Position numbers and translations under genes: made by a program. Under the pieces are notes generated by a model. That model did not search any database and was not told where the DNA came from. It saw only the letters and a list, made by a program, of their open reading frames with translations. A stretch of DNA of 64,000 bases from Thermoplasmata archaeon (lineage in GTDB: Archaea > Thermoplasmatota > Thermoplasmata > Lutacidiplasmatales > UBA184). The number at the start of each line of letters is the position of its first letter. The first letter of the stretch is position 1. This document shows positions 18,267 through 28,485 of the stretch, one piece after another. The DNA lies in contig JBOGRO010000015.1 in assembly GCA_050749465.1 (NCBI GenBank), positions 42,341 through 106,340 on the forward strand, written 5' to 3'.

Positions 18267-19202
18267 TCAGCCCGACCGGGCGCTCGCGTGGTCCCCCGCG
18301 GTCTCGGCGCGCAGCGCGAGGAGCGCGCCCGCGACCGCGATGGGGATGCCGAGCGCGCCGATCCACGGGATCGCGATACCGAGGATGCCCCAAGAGAGAA
18401 GCGCGGTGAAGACCGGGATCCCGGTCATCATCATCGGCGGCACGACCAGCCCGGTCCGGCGGATCGAGTCGAAATAGAGCGCGGGGGCAAGGAAGAAGCT
18501 CGTGATCCCCGTCGCCACGAGGATCAAGAGCCCGGCCGGCGCGGTGACCTCGAGCCCCGCGAACCCACCGGGGATCGCCGGGACCATGGCGAGGCCGACG
18601 ACCCCCGCGGCGAGCATCGACTGGGCGACGACCGCGCTCGGCGGACTCCGCTCGTTCTCCCGCGCGCAGGCAAGGAAGTAGAGCGCGACCGAGACCGGGA
18701 TCACGACGACGACGAGGTAGCCGGCCGTCGGGATCGCGTGCAGCCCCTGGTTGCCGACGATCGCGAGCCCTCCCCCGAGGAGGCAGAGGGCCATCCCCAG
18801 CCAGAGGATCGGTACGCCGAACCGATCGCGGTAGGCGACGTACCAGACCGCGACGACGATCGGGGTGAGGACGACGTCCCCGATCAGCGACAGGAGCGAT
18901 GTGTCGACCGGCCCGGCGAGGTACGTGGACGCGAGGACCGATAGCTGCATCGCAAGGAGAAGCGCGACGCGCCCGTAGGAAGCGGGGCTCGTCCACAGTC
19001 GCGCGAAGGCCCGCCCGTGTCCCTGCGCGATGCACCAGACGGAGTACGCCGCTCCCCCGAGGAGGAACGGGTACACGAAGATCGCGGACGGGCGGACGCT
19101 GGGCGTCGCGCCGAGGACGAAGATGTAGTAGGTCGCCCACAAGAGCGCGGCGAGGAGCGGCAGGCCCACGGCGGCCGCCGCGTAGCCGCGAGAGAGGCGC
19201 AC
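18267..19202 (-). CDS. Multi-pass membrane protein, probably a DMT/EamA-like transporter.
   Basis: About 10 predicted TM helices, two-fold internal repeat character. 311 aa. Confidence 0.45.
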   Translation of the reverse strand: MRLSRGYAAAAVGLPLLAALLWATYYIFVLGATPSVRPSAIFVYPFLLGGAAYSVWCIAQGHGRAFARLWTSPASYGRVALLLAMQLSVLASTYLAGPVDTSLLSLIGDVVLTPIVVAVWYVAYRDRFGVPILWLGMALCLLGGGLAIVGNQGLHAIPTAGYLVVVVIPVSVALYFLACARENERSPPSAVVAQSMLAAGVVGLAMVPAIPGGFAGLEVTAPAGLLILVATGITSFFLAPALYFDSIRRTGLVVPPMMMTGIPVFTALLSWGILGIAIPWIGALGIPIAVAGALLALRAETAGDHASARSG

Positions 19203-19290
19203 GTGTTGCGGAGCCGCGCGAGTTGGATAATCGTTTGGTTCCGCTGGTGGTGACGCGGGGGACCCCGGCTCCTCGCGAGGGGAGGGGGGA

Positions 19291-20343
19291 TCACGAGTAG
19301 TCGTCGTACCTCAGGCCGAGCGCCGGCAGTCGGACGCCGCTCCCTCGGTCCACCCGACCGATCGCGACCGCGTCGGGGGCTCCCGCTCGGGCGAGTCGAC
19401 GGCGGGTCTCGGCGAGGTGCTCCGGCGCGACCACGAGCGCGAAGCCGATGCCCATGTTGAACGTCTGGTACATCTCGTCATCCGAGATCCCGCCGAGCCG
19501 CTGAAGCCAGGAGAAGATCGGGGGGGGTTCGGGCCACCGGTCGAGCACGAACTCGACGCCGCGGCGGAGGCGGACGAGGTTCCGGACCCCGCCGCCCGTG
19601 AGGTGAGAAAGCCCGTGGGTCTCGGTCCGGCTCGAGAGCGCGTCGGCGGCCTCGGTGTAGATCCGCGTGGGGGTCAGAAGCTCGGTTCCGAGAGGCGCCC
19701 GGGCGCCGGGGCGGGGCTGCGCGAGGTCGACGGACGCATCGGCGAGGACCTTTCGTAGCAGCGTGAACCCGTTCGCGTGGAAGCCGCTCGACGGAATCCC
19801 CAGGACCACGTCCCGCGGGCGGATCCGGGCGCCCGTCACCGGCGCCCGGCCGCGAGGGAAGAACCCGAGGGCGGTTCCCCCGAGGTCAATCCCCCGTACG
19901 ATCGAGGAGACGACCGCGGTCTCGCCGCCGAGCAGGGAGCATCGGGCGGCCCGCAACCCGCGGTCGATCCCGCGTCCGATCGCCCGGAAGATCGTGGGGT
20001 CCGGCGCACCGCAGACCACCGTATCGACCAGACCGGCGGTTCGGGCGCCGACCGCCGCGAGGTCGTTGACGTTGACACCGACGATGTCCTCCCCGACCTC
20101 CTCCCACCGTCCGAGCTCCTCCGCGAGCAGCACTTTCGTTCCGACCGTGTCGGTAGTGACGGCGATCGTCTCGCGCCCGATGCGGATCATGCCGGCGTAG
20201 TGGCCGGGCGCGTCGATCGGGCGCCCGTGGCTCGGCGCGGGGCGATAGCGGACCGAACGGACGAGCTCGCGTACGGCCGCGGAGACCCGGGAGCGGTCCA
20301 CGCCGCTCGCCGCGTACGTCGGACCGACCGGCCTGCCCGCCAC
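19291..20343 (-). CDS. purM: PurM-like AIR synthase family protein, probably phosphoribosylformylglycinamidine cyclo-ligase.
   Basis: The N-terminus (YAASGVDRSRVSAAVRELV) and the GLSHLTGGG motif fit the PurM superfamily. ThiL or HypE cannot be excluded. Confidence 0.65.
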   Translation of the reverse strand: MAGRPVGPTYAASGVDRSRVSAAVRELVRSVRYRPAPSHGRPIDAPGHYAGMIRIGRETIAVTTDTVGTKVLLAEELGRWEEVGEDIVGVNVNDLAAVGARTAGLVDTVVCGAPDPTIFRAIGRGIDRGLRAARCSLLGGETAVVSSIVRGIDLGGTALGFFPRGRAPVTGARIRPRDVVLGIPSSGFHANGFTLLRKVLADASVDLAQPRPGARAPLGTELLTPTRIYTEAADALSSRTETHGLSHLTGGGVRNLVRLRRGVEFVLDRWPEPPPIFSWLQRLGGISDDEMYQTFNMGIGFALVVAPEHLAETRRRLARAGAPDAVAIGRVDRGSGVRLPALGLRYDDYS

Positions 20344-20427
20344 GGGCCGGGGAACGGCCCGGGGAGAAATAGCCTACTGCCGGCGCGGGAGCGTCTTCTT
20401 TATCGGCGCGCTCGTGCGGCACGGCAG

Positions 20428-21777
20428 ATGGCGCCGCCCCCGGTCCGCCGCCACCGTTCGGAGGGAGGCGAGCCGCGAGGGGGCGCGCCGGTGCTTGTCC
20501 TCGCGGGCCGAGCCCTGGTCCGGGGACGCATTCAGCCCATCGAGGTCGCCATCGGCGAGGACGGGCGGATCCTTTCCCTCGGCAAGGTACGCGACGGCGC
20601 TCCCCGTCACGATGTCGGGGAGGCGATGATCCTGCCGGCCGCGACCGACCTGCACGTTCACTTCCGGGAGCCCGGAGGTCCGGACGAGGTGGAGAATCTC
20701 GCGAGCGGGACCGTCGCGGCCGCGGTCGGCGGGGTGGGGCTCGTCGGGGATATGCCGAACACACACCCCCTCGTGGCCAGCCCGGATCTCCTCGAAGAGA
20801 AAGCGCGACGCGTCCGGGGCCGCGCGGCGGTCGACGTGCTGCTCTACGCGGCGGCGGGGGAGCCTCGGGCGGCGATCGCGCTCGCGCGTACCGCGGGTGC
20901 GTTCAAGCTGTACCTCAGTCCGACGACCGGGTTCGACGATCCTCCCGGTTTGAGCGCGGTGCCGGGACTGCTCCGGGGACTCGCCGACCTCGGACTGCCC
21001 GTGGCGGTGCACGCGGAAGACCCGCGCAGCTTCGACGGGGTCGCTCACCCGCGTACGCCCGAGGAGTGGAACGCCCACCGGCCGGTCGCGGCCGAGCGGG
21101 CCGCGGTGGAGGCGCTACTCCCGCCACCGCCGGCCCTTCGACTTCACGTCGCGCACGTGACGACCGGCGAGGTGGCCCAGCGGCTGGAGCATCTCCCGGT
21201 CTCGTTCGAGGCGACCCCGCACCACCTCCTTCTCTCGGACCGTTCCGGACGGGACGCGCGGTTCAAGGTCAACCCACCGCTCCGCGCGGACGCGGACCGC
21301 GCGGCGCTTTGGGAAGCGTTTCGCCAGGGTAGGGTTCCCTGCCTCGCGAGCGACCATGCCCCGCACTCGGCCGCCGACAAGGCGCTGCCGTTCGAGCGCG
21401 CGCCGAGCGGAGTTCCGGGCGTCGAAACGATGCTGCCACTCCTCCTGACGCGGGTCCGGACGAACGAGCTCGACCTCGCGACGCTGCTTCGCGCGGCCTG
21501 CGACCGCCCCGCGCGATGGTTGGGCCAACCGTGCGGTCGTCTCGCGGTCGGGGACCGGGCGAACCTCCTCGTGGTCGACTTCCGCGCTCGCACGACGCTC
21601 TCGGGTCGACTGCTCCACACCGCGTGCGGCTGGACTCCCTTCGAGGGGTGGGAGGCGATCCTCCCGCGCGAGCACTACCGGGACGGGGTGCGGATCGTCG
21701 ACGACGGCGAGTACGTAGGAAGGCAAGAGGGCCGGGTCGTGCGTCCGGACTTCGCTGCGACCGCCACCGGTAGGTAA
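20428..21777 (+). CDS. pyrC: Dihydroorotase (amidohydrolase superfamily).
   Basis: DLHVHFREPG is the metal-binding motif and ASDHAPH is also present. The start is set at the internal ATG 20428, because the upstream 217 codons of the ORF-track ORF overlap purM on the opposite strand. Confidence 0.8.
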   Translation: MAPPPVRRHRSEGGEPRGGAPVLVLAGRALVRGRIQPIEVAIGEDGRILSLGKVRDGAPRHDVGEAMILPAATDLHVHFREPGGPDEVENLASGTVAAAVGGVGLVGDMPNTHPLVASPDLLEEKARRVRGRAAVDVLLYAAAGEPRAAIALARTAGAFKLYLSPTTGFDDPPGLSAVPGLLRGLADLGLPVAVHAEDPRSFDGVAHPRTPEEWNAHRPVAAERAAVEALLPPPPALRLHVAHVTTGEVAQRLEHLPVSFEATPHHLLLSDRSGRDARFKVNPPLRADADRAALWEAFRQGRVPCLASDHAPHSAADKALPFERAPSGVPGVETMLPLLLTRVRTNELDLATLLRAACDRPARWLGQPCGRLAVGDRANLLVVDFRARTTLSGRLLHTACGWTPFEGWEAILPREHYRDGVRIVDDGEYVGRQEGRVVRPDFAATATGR

Positions 21778-21795
21778 GGCTCGACCGACCGGCGA

Positions 21796-22497
21796 TCAGC
21801 GCGGCGGGGGAGGGAGGGTTCCAGCGGGGGGAGCGGGCGGGGCGACCGGCCGCCGAGCGACCCGTTGGGGAGGCCAGCCCGGGGTGAGATGGCCCGTCGC
21901 AACGAGCGCGAAGTAGACGGCCGCCACGACCACGAGGATCACAAACGCGATGTCGAGCGGCTCGAAGTACGCCTCGATCCGGATCCACTCGGACCGAAGC
22001 AGGATGCCCGCGTAGAGGAGACCGAGCGTCCACGGGATCGAGCCGATGAGCGTGTAGACGCCGAAGCGGGTCGGGCTCATCCGTGCCGTGCCCGCGGGGT
22101 AGCTGACGTAGCTGCGGACGACGGGAACGATCCGCGCCACCGCGACAGTGATCTCCCCCCGACGGGCGAACCAGGCGTCCATTCGCTCCAGCTGGTCGGC
22201 GCGGACGCGTAGCTGGCCGACTCCGAGGCCGAGGAGGCGGGACCGCCACCAGCGCCCCACAGCGTAGGCCGCGTACGCCCCCACCATGGAGCCCGCGAGC
22301 GCGGCGAGGAGGGCGCCCCCGAGCGAGAAGGTGCCTTCCGCGACCAGGAAGCCGGCGAACGGCAGGATGACCTCGCTCGGAATCGGCGGGATGCCGAAGT
22401 TCTCGACGGCCTCGAGCGCGAAGAGTCCGGGCAGGCCGATCGTGGCGAGGACGAGCGTGATGAGCGCGACCAACGACCCGATGATCGAGAAAGTCAC
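21796..22497 (-). CDS. DedA/SNARE-associated (TVP38) family membrane protein.
   Basis: The DedA signature region reads FGIPPIPSEVILPFAGFLVAEG...GRWW. 233 aa. Confidence 0.8.
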   Translation of the reverse strand: MTFSIIGSLVALITLVLATIGLPGLFALEAVENFGIPPIPSEVILPFAGFLVAEGTFSLGGALLAALAGSMVGAYAAYAVGRWWRSRLLGLGVGQLRVRADQLERMDAWFARRGEITVAVARIVPVVRSYVSYPAGTARMSPTRFGVYTLIGSIPWTLGLLYAGILLRSEWIRIEAYFEPLDIAFVILVVVAAVYFALVATGHLTPGWPPQRVARRPVAPPAPPAGTLPPPPR

Positions 22498-22534
22498 GTT
22501 TCCGCCCCCTCGGGACGGTCCCGCGTTGTACGGC

Positions 22535-22792
22535 TCACGAGTCGGTCGGGCCCTCGAAGATCAGACGGAACGGGACGCCGAGCCGCGCGTTGGTCCGGGC
22601 GGGGATTCCCTCGAAGTCGAGGGGGTTCTTGCAGCCGCCGCACGAAACGGAGGGGCGACGCCGCCCGAGCGCGATCGAGAGCGCGATCCCGACCTCGATC
22701 TCGCGCGGTCGACCCGGCGCCTCGGCCACGGCGTGCCGCAGCTCGGCGAGGAGCGACTCCTCGTTCGGTGGACCGTTCTCCGGCGCCATCAC
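22535..22792 (-). CDS. Hypothetical small protein (85 aa).
   Basis: A non-shadow ORF between dedA and the next gene, with a CGGC motif. No family recognised. Confidence 0.3.
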   Translation of the reverse strand: MMAPENGPPNEESLLAELRHAVAEAPGRPREIEVGIALSIALGRRRPSVSCGGCKNPLDFEGIPARTNARLGVPFRLIFEGPTDS

Positions 22793-22846
22793 CCGGTATC
22801 ACTCGGGGGACGTTCTTAAGGAGCGGGGGTCGGCGCGCCGCTTGGC

Positions 22847-23428
22847 CTACTCGTCCGGGGGGTTCTTCGGCTCGGGTGCGTTCTTCGGTCGCTTTAGGAT
22901 CTCGCCGCTGATCTTGTCGAGCTCCGCCATCAGCGAATCGATGTCGGGCTCCTCGGCTTCCCCGGCCGCAGCGCCGACGCCGGTCGCCGCGCCCGCCGCG
23001 GCCCCGGCCGCGACGGCGGTGGTCGCTCCCGTCGGCGGGGTCGGGGGCACATGCGGCAGTCCCGCTCCCACGTCCTCGGGAGTCTCGAGGTAGGCGGGAG
23101 CCGCAGACGGCGGCGGAGCCGATGGGCCCCTCATCGCGCCCGTCGTCGGGCCCGCGGGGGGGCCCGCGGCCCGAATCCCGGTGGCGGGTGGGCGGCGGCG
23201 GCGCATCAGGAGTAACGCCGCAGCGAGCGCGACGAGGACAACCACGACGATCACGCCGAGCGCCCACCACGGGAGCTGAGTGCCGCTGACGCAGGCGCCG
23301 TACTGGCACGTGCTCTGAACGGCGGAGTTCCCCGAGCCGGCCGAAAGGCCTGCCCCGACGACTACCGCGACCATCGACGCGCCAAGCGCGATCGGAACGA
23401 CGCGAGAGGTACGGGGGTTCAACGCCAT
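22847..23428 (-). CDS. Hypothetical secreted or membrane-anchored Pro/Ala-rich protein.
   Basis: An N-terminal signal/anchor, a second TM segment (WWALGVIVVVVLVALAAALLL), a Pro-rich linker and a C-terminal helical segment. Confidence 0.45.
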   Translation of the reverse strand: MALNPRTSRVVPIALGASMVAVVVGAGLSAGSGNSAVQSTCQYGACVSGTQLPWWALGVIVVVVLVALAAALLLMRRRRPPATGIRAAGPPAGPTTGAMRGPSAPPPSAAPAYLETPEDVGAGLPHVPPTPPTGATTAVAAGAAAGAATGVGAAAGEAEEPDIDSLMAELDKISGEILKRPKNAPEPKNPPDE

Positions 23429-23582
23429 GAACGCGGGGGCACGGAGTGCCGCCTAAATCTAGCATGAAACGGGTCCGCTATAAACCTGACCGTTGGCGGT
23501 CTCGCTCCTCCGTGAACGACGATGCCGGTCAGTTATACGACCAACCCGTCCCTTTTAGGCCTCGCGCGGTGCTCGCGCCCTC

Positions 23583-23945
23583 GTGGCGTTCCCCTACGTG
23601 CTTGCATTTCTCGTGATCCTGTTGGTCTACATGGTCTACTCGGAGTGGGCCGGCCTCGACTCGCGATGGCTCGTCGCGAGCGCGCTCGTGCTCCTGGTCG
23701 CGACCGCGGTCGTCGACGCCGCGGGCGCCACGAACCTCGCGAACACGCTCGCCGAGTTCGTCTTCTTTCTGCTCGCCGGCGGGGTCGTGCTCTTGCTCAT
23801 CGACCACGTACGGGAGGGACCGACCGTCGTTCCGACCCCCGCGTCGCGCTGGGGATCAGGGCTTCGCCCGTGGCAGTCCGACACGCCCGATCCGTCGCAG
23901 CAGGGGGAGCGGTCGCCCGACCAATCCCTCGACCGCCCCGAGTAG
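23583..23945 (+). CDS. Hypothetical small membrane protein (3 TM).
   Basis: A hydrophobic N-terminal two-thirds and a low-complexity C-terminus that overlaps the 3' end of the convergent flippase gene. Confidence 0.35.
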   Translation: MAFPYVLAFLVILLVYMVYSEWAGLDSRWLVASALVLLVATAVVDAAGATNLANTLAEFVFFLLAGGVVLLLIDHVREGPTVVPTPASRWGSGLRPWQSDTPDPSQQGERSPDQSLDRPE

Positions 23946-25445
23946 GAGACGGTCCCCTTCGTCGACGCTCCGCGTGAGGAGCACGACCACGACGAGCAGC
24001 CCCGCGATCGCGAGCCCGATCACCGGCAGGCTCCACCACGGGTAGGAGATCGGGGCGAACGCGAGGAACGCTCCGACCGGGACCGCCGTTGCGAGGAGCG
24101 GGACGACGAAATGCGGGCGGAACGGATGGACCCCGGTCAGGTACGCGAGCTGGACGAGCGAGAGGGCCGTGTAGGCCACGTTCCCCACCGCCCAGGCGAT
24201 CGCCGCGCCCGTGATCCCCTCGGAGGGAACGAGCACGAAGGCGAGCCCGAGGTCGACGACCGCCGCGACGACCGAGTTGTAGGCGAGGAGTCGCGTCTGG
24301 CCGAACGCGACCTGGGCGTTGGTGGCGGGCCCGAGTGCGGTTGTCAAGAACGCGCCGCTCACCGCGATCTGGAGCGGAAGCAGGATCACCGTGTACTTCG
24401 CGGTCGCAACGATGTTCAGCGACTGTGCCGGCAGGAAGACGAAGAGGAGGAAGAGCGGCAGCGAGAACAGGATCATCCACTTCGTCACGGTCACGTACGT
24501 AACCCCTACCGCGGCGAGGTCGCGGTTCCGCAAGAGCCGCGCCGCGACGGGGAGGAAGATGTACGCCGCGGCCCCGACGCCGACCTGAAGGAGGCGGGCG
24601 AGGGTGAGGGAGACGGAGTACGTCCCGACGTCGGTCGGGTGGAACGCCCCGAGGACCAGGGTGTCACCGTATCCCGTGAGCGTCGCCATCAACGTGACGA
24701 TGAAGAGCGGGGCCGCGAACCGCAGGAGTCGGCCGACCGCGCCCGGAGCGCCGGGTCCGGGGGAGAGGACACGCGGCAGACGCCGGAGGGCGTAACCGAT
24801 CGCGAGGAGGAGGCTCGCGACGTTCGCCGCGACGTACGTTACGAGCGCGGAGGTATAGCCGATCCCCTTCGGCGGCAGGAGGAGGACGGCGACCAGGAAC
24901 GCGACGAACAATGCCGGTGTCAGGATCTGGATGTAGAGGGCGTTCGGAGTGACGTCCTCGTATCCCTGGAAGATCGCCGCGATCAGGGTGAGCCCCGCCG
25001 AGCACCCGACCGCGATCGGGAACGCGGTCAGCGCCGGCCCAAGGTCCGGGAGCCCGAGCGTGGTCGAGATCCATGGACCGAGCCCCCACAGCGCGGCGGC
25101 CGCGAAGAAGGCCGCCGCGCCCCCGATGACGAGGCAGCTGCGGACGATCGTCCGGCGCTCCGCCTCGGAACCTGCGTACGGCAGGCAGCGCGCGATCGCG
25201 CTCGGAAGCCCGATCGACCCGAGCGCCGCGACCACCCCAACGAGGGCGAGCGCGAACGAGAACGCGTTCCACTGGTCGGTCGAGATGTCCCGGATGAGGA
25301 TGACCCGGGCGACGAAGTTCAGGCCGACGTAGAGGAGGGTGGCGATGAGCAGGAAGAGCGTGCCCCGCGTCACGCTGGAGAGACCGTCTCGGGCTCCGGA
25401 CGACGCGGCCACTCCTCGATGCCCGAGGGTCGCGGGGGCGCCCAT
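23856..25445 (-). CDS. MOP-superfamily polysaccharide/oligosaccharide flippase (Wzx/AglR-like).
   Basis: 529 aa with about 14 TM helices and typical flippase topology. Confidence 0.75.
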   Translation of the reverse strand: MGAPATLGHRGVAASSGARDGLSSVTRGTLFLLIATLLYVGLNFVARVILIRDISTDQWNAFSFALALVGVVAALGSIGLPSAIARCLPYAGSEAERRTIVRSCLVIGGAAAFFAAAALWGLGPWISTTLGLPDLGPALTAFPIAVGCSAGLTLIAAIFQGYEDVTPNALYIQILTPALFVAFLVAVLLLPPKGIGYTSALVTYVAANVASLLLAIGYALRRLPRVLSPGPGAPGAVGRLLRFAAPLFIVTLMATLTGYGDTLVLGAFHPTDVGTYSVSLTLARLLQVGVGAAAYIFLPVAARLLRNRDLAAVGVTYVTVTKWMILFSLPLFLLFVFLPAQSLNIVATAKYTVILLPLQIAVSGAFLTTALGPATNAQVAFGQTRLLAYNSVVAAVVDLGLAFVLVPSEGITGAAIAWAVGNVAYTALSLVQLAYLTGVHPFRPHFVVPLLATAVPVGAFLAFAPISYPWWSLPVIGLAIAGLLVVVVLLTRSVDEGDRLLLGAVEGLVGRPLPLLRRIGRVGLPRAKP

Positions 25446-25506
25446 AGAGTAAAAACGTAACGGCCGGGCGGCACGCCGCTATTAGGAGGGTCCCGCTACC
25501 GAGAGC

Positions 25507-27567
25507 GTGACCCTGCCCGGCCCGAGTGGGGCGGCGTGGGCCCTCGAGCTCCTCCTCTGGGCCGGCGCGGCGGCCGTCGTCGGTGAGCTCGGCCGGCTCG
25601 TCGCCGCGCGGTGGGTCGGGTCGTGGCGGTCGCTCGGTTCGGTCGAACGTCCCCTCCTCGACTTCTACCTCGGGGGGGCGGTGATGTACCTCCTCGCGGC
25701 GCTCCCCGCGGGAGCGTTCGTCCCCCCGGTGGCAGTGGGGGTCCCCGTCGCGGCCGCGGTGATCCTCCTCGGGCTGCTCGTTCTCCGCGGGCGGCGAGGG
25801 GCATTGGGGCCGGCGCTCCGACCCCTCGCCGCGCTCGGGCGACCGGCTCCGTTCGTCGCGCTCCTCGCCGCTCTCGCAGTGTTCGGCGTCGAACTCGCGA
25901 TCGCGCTCCCGGTCGCGACGGGGAACACCTACGACTCGAGCCTCCTCACGCTGTACGTCGCGCGGCTGCTCCAGGACCACACGATCGCGCTCTCCTTCCA
26001 GCCGTACGCGGCGGTGGGGCTCCTCTACCCGCAGGGAACGACCGTATGGCTCGGCTGGGCGCAGCTCCTCTTCCACCTACCGCCGGCCCGCGCGAGCCTC
26101 CTGGTGACGCCGCTCTTCCTCGCCCTTGCCCCGCTCGGTGCGTTCGTCTTCGCCCGTCGGACTTTCGCGAGCGACCGGGCCGCGCTCGCCATGGCACTCC
26201 TCTTCGCCGGAGTCGCCTCGTGGACCCGCGTTCTGGTCGGAGGCAGCAACGACTTCGTCTTCGCGTTCCCGCTCGTTCTCCTCCTCGCGGGTCAAGCGAC
26301 CGGCTGGCTGCGAGCCCTGCCGTCCGTCCCGGACGCGCTGGCGTGGGGGGTCCTCCTGGGGTACTCGGCGGCGATGAATCCGGTCGGGGCGGAGTGGCTC
26401 CTGCCGACGCTGCTCTTGGCCGGCCTCCTCATCCGACCGGCGTACACGGGGAAGCCTCTGCGCTGGCTAGGCCGGTGGGCAGTCGCAGCGGTCGTGTCGC
26501 TTCTCGCGGTCCTTCCCAGCCTGATCGTCCTCGCCCACGGGTGGCAGAGCCCCGGACTCACGCCGGGCGCGGGGGCTGCGCCACCCGGGAGTGCGTCGGG
26601 GATCTCCGCTTCCCAGTTCGCGAGCCTCATCGACCCGTACCTCTTCCGCCCGACCGACGTCTGGCTCTCGCCGCTGCCGGTCTTGCGCCTCGAGCTCGCG
26701 ATACTCCTGACGGTCGGCCTCGGGATCCTCCTCGTCGTCCGACGCCCTTCCTCCCTCGCGCGTTACCTCGAACCGTTCCGGCCCTTCGTCGGCGCGGCGG
26801 TGGCGGTGATCCTCCTTCTCCTCACTGTGCTCTGGTCCGCGTCGACCGGTTTCGGGCCGGCCGTCCGCTTCACCGCGATCTCGAGCGGCTCCGAGCTATC
26901 GATCTGGCTCTTCACGTTCTACGCCCTCGTCGGGGGCATCGTGCTCGTCCTCGTGATCGAGCGTGTCGCCGCGGACTACGCACGCGGGGTGGCGCGTTCT
27001 GCCCCGCCCGGAAGGTCCGACGCACCGTTCGCCCCCGGCCGTACCTACCGGCACCTCCCTTCGGGTCTCCCGCGCGGGGCGCTCCCGATCCTCCTCGCGC
27101 TCGTGATCGTTGTGCCGGGGGCCGTGCTGACTCCAACGCAACTCCCGCCGGTGCTCGCGACCCTCTACGACGACTTCGGGAACGTCACCGCGGCCGACTT
27201 CGCGCTCCTCGCCTACGCGGGGGCGCACCTCCCCGCGGGAGGGCGCGTGCTCGTGGCCCCGGGGAGCGCCGCCGGCTTCTTACCGGGGTACGCGCCGGAC
27301 CTCGTCTTACTTTTCCCGATGGTCCCGGGGTTCGCATGGCTGAACGCGTCGTACCGTCTGGTCGTGAGCGAACTCACGAACGCGACGCTCAACACGAGCG
27401 GCCTCGGGGCGATGTCGGAGCTCGACGTTCAGTACGTCGTAGTCACGGGCAACAGCACGACGCTCTGGCCGGCGTTCTCGCCGGTGCCGCTCCTCGCGGC
27501 CCCCTCGGAGTTCCCGCTCCTCTGGAACGAAGGAGACGCCTATCTCTTCCAGCGGACGACCGGTTAG
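25507..27567 (+). CDS. Large polytopic membrane protein with a C-terminal extracytoplasmic domain; putative GT-C type glycosyltransferase.
   Basis: 686 aa with more than 12 TM helices. The C-terminal soluble domain carries several N-x-S/T sequons. The gene is divergent from the flippase. Confidence 0.5.
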   Translation: MTLPGPSGAAWALELLLWAGAAAVVGELGRLVAARWVGSWRSLGSVERPLLDFYLGGAVMYLLAALPAGAFVPPVAVGVPVAAAVILLGLLVLRGRRGALGPALRPLAALGRPAPFVALLAALAVFGVELAIALPVATGNTYDSSLLTLYVARLLQDHTIALSFQPYAAVGLLYPQGTTVWLGWAQLLFHLPPARASLLVTPLFLALAPLGAFVFARRTFASDRAALAMALLFAGVASWTRVLVGGSNDFVFAFPLVLLLAGQATGWLRALPSVPDALAWGVLLGYSAAMNPVGAEWLLPTLLLAGLLIRPAYTGKPLRWLGRWAVAAVVSLLAVLPSLIVLAHGWQSPGLTPGAGAAPPGSASGISASQFASLIDPYLFRPTDVWLSPLPVLRLELAILLTVGLGILLVVRRPSSLARYLEPFRPFVGAAVAVILLLLTVLWSASTGFGPAVRFTAISSGSELSIWLFTFYALVGGIVLVLVIERVAADYARGVARSAPPGRSDAPFAPGRTYRHLPSGLPRGALPILLALVIVVPGAVLTPTQLPPVLATLYDDFGNVTAADFALLAYAGAHLPAGGRVLVAPGSAAGFLPGYAPDLVLLFPMVPGFAWLNASYRLVVSELTNATLNTSGLGAMSELDVQYVVVTGNSTTLWPAFSPVPLLAAPSEFPLLWNEGDAYLFQRTTG

Positions 27568-27585
27568 GGAACCGCACGGATCGGG

Positions 27586-28485
27586 CTAGACGAACTCGTC
27601 GAGCACGTTCTCGTGGCCCTTCAGGCCCGCCGACTGGTGGGCGAGCGGCCCGGCGCTAAGGACCTCCTCGAGGTCCTCGTAGGTCGGGCGCTCGGACCGG
27701 TAGAACAGCCCGATCGGGATCTTGTCGCCCCACTCGAGCGAGCGCTGCCACGCGGCGGTGATGTCGCTCGGGTCGTGGCCGGCGCTCTCGAGCTTGTAGA
27801 CGCGCTGGCGGAAGAAGTCGAACGTGTTCAGCTTGTTGTACGTCACGCACGGGCTGAACACGTCGACGAAGGCGAACCCGTGGTGTTGGATGCCGGCCGC
27901 GACGAGGTCGGTCAGCTGCTTCACGTCGCCCGAGAACCCGCGGGCAACGTACGTCGCCCCGCTAGCGAGCGCGAGCGAGATCGGCTCGATCGGGTGCTCG
28001 ATCACCCCGGTTGGGGTCGACTTCGTCTTCTGACCCATCGACGAGGTCGGGCTCGCCTGGCCGGTCGTGAGCCCGTAGATCTGGTTGTCCATGGTGACGT
28101 AGGTCAGGTCGACGTTCCGGCGCATCGCGTGGACGAAGTGGCCGGCCCCGATGCCGAACCCATCGCCGTCGCCGCCCGTCCCGATGACCGTGAGGCCGTG
28201 GTTCGCCCAGCGGATCCCCTCGGCGACGGGGATCGCCCGGCCGTGGATCGCGTGGAACCCGTAAGAGGAGAGAAAGTGCGGAAGGTTGGACGAGCAGCCG
28301 ATCCCCGATACGATCACGACGTTGTGAACCGGGATCTGGAGGCGCTTCAGCGCCCCTTCGACCGCCGCGATCACGCCGAAGTCGCCGCAGCCGGGGCACC
28401 AGGTGGGTCTCGTGTCGGACTTCCCGATCACTGGGAGGACCGGCCCCGTGGGGACGACCGTCGGACGCGCCGCACTATCCGCCAT
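27586..28485 (-). CDS. korB: 2-oxoacid:ferredoxin oxidoreductase beta subunit (TPP-binding).
   Basis: CPGCGDFG...GIGCSS and GDGDGFGIG are the TPP-binding motifs. Confidence 0.9.
   Translation of the reverse strand: MADSAARPTVVPTGPVLPVIGKSDTRPTWCPGCGDFGVIAAVEGALKRLQIPVHNVVIVSGIGCSSNLPHFLSSYGFHAIHGRAIPVAEGIRWANHGLTVIGTGGDGDGFGIGAGHFVHAMRRNVDLTYVTMDNQIYGLTTGQASPTSSMGQKTKSTPTGVIEHPIEPISLALASGATYVARGFSGDVKQLTDLVAAGIQHHGFAFVDVFSPCVTYNKLNTFDFFRQRVYKLESAGHDPSDITAAWQRSLEWGDKIPIGLFYRSERPTYEDLEEVLSAGPLAHQSAGLKGHENVLDEFV

Noticed and set aside
19777-20427. 5' 217 codons of the 666-aa ORF that contains pyrC.
   Set aside because: This region overlaps purM on the opposite strand and is low-complexity. The dihydroorotase homology begins after the internal ATG at 20428.
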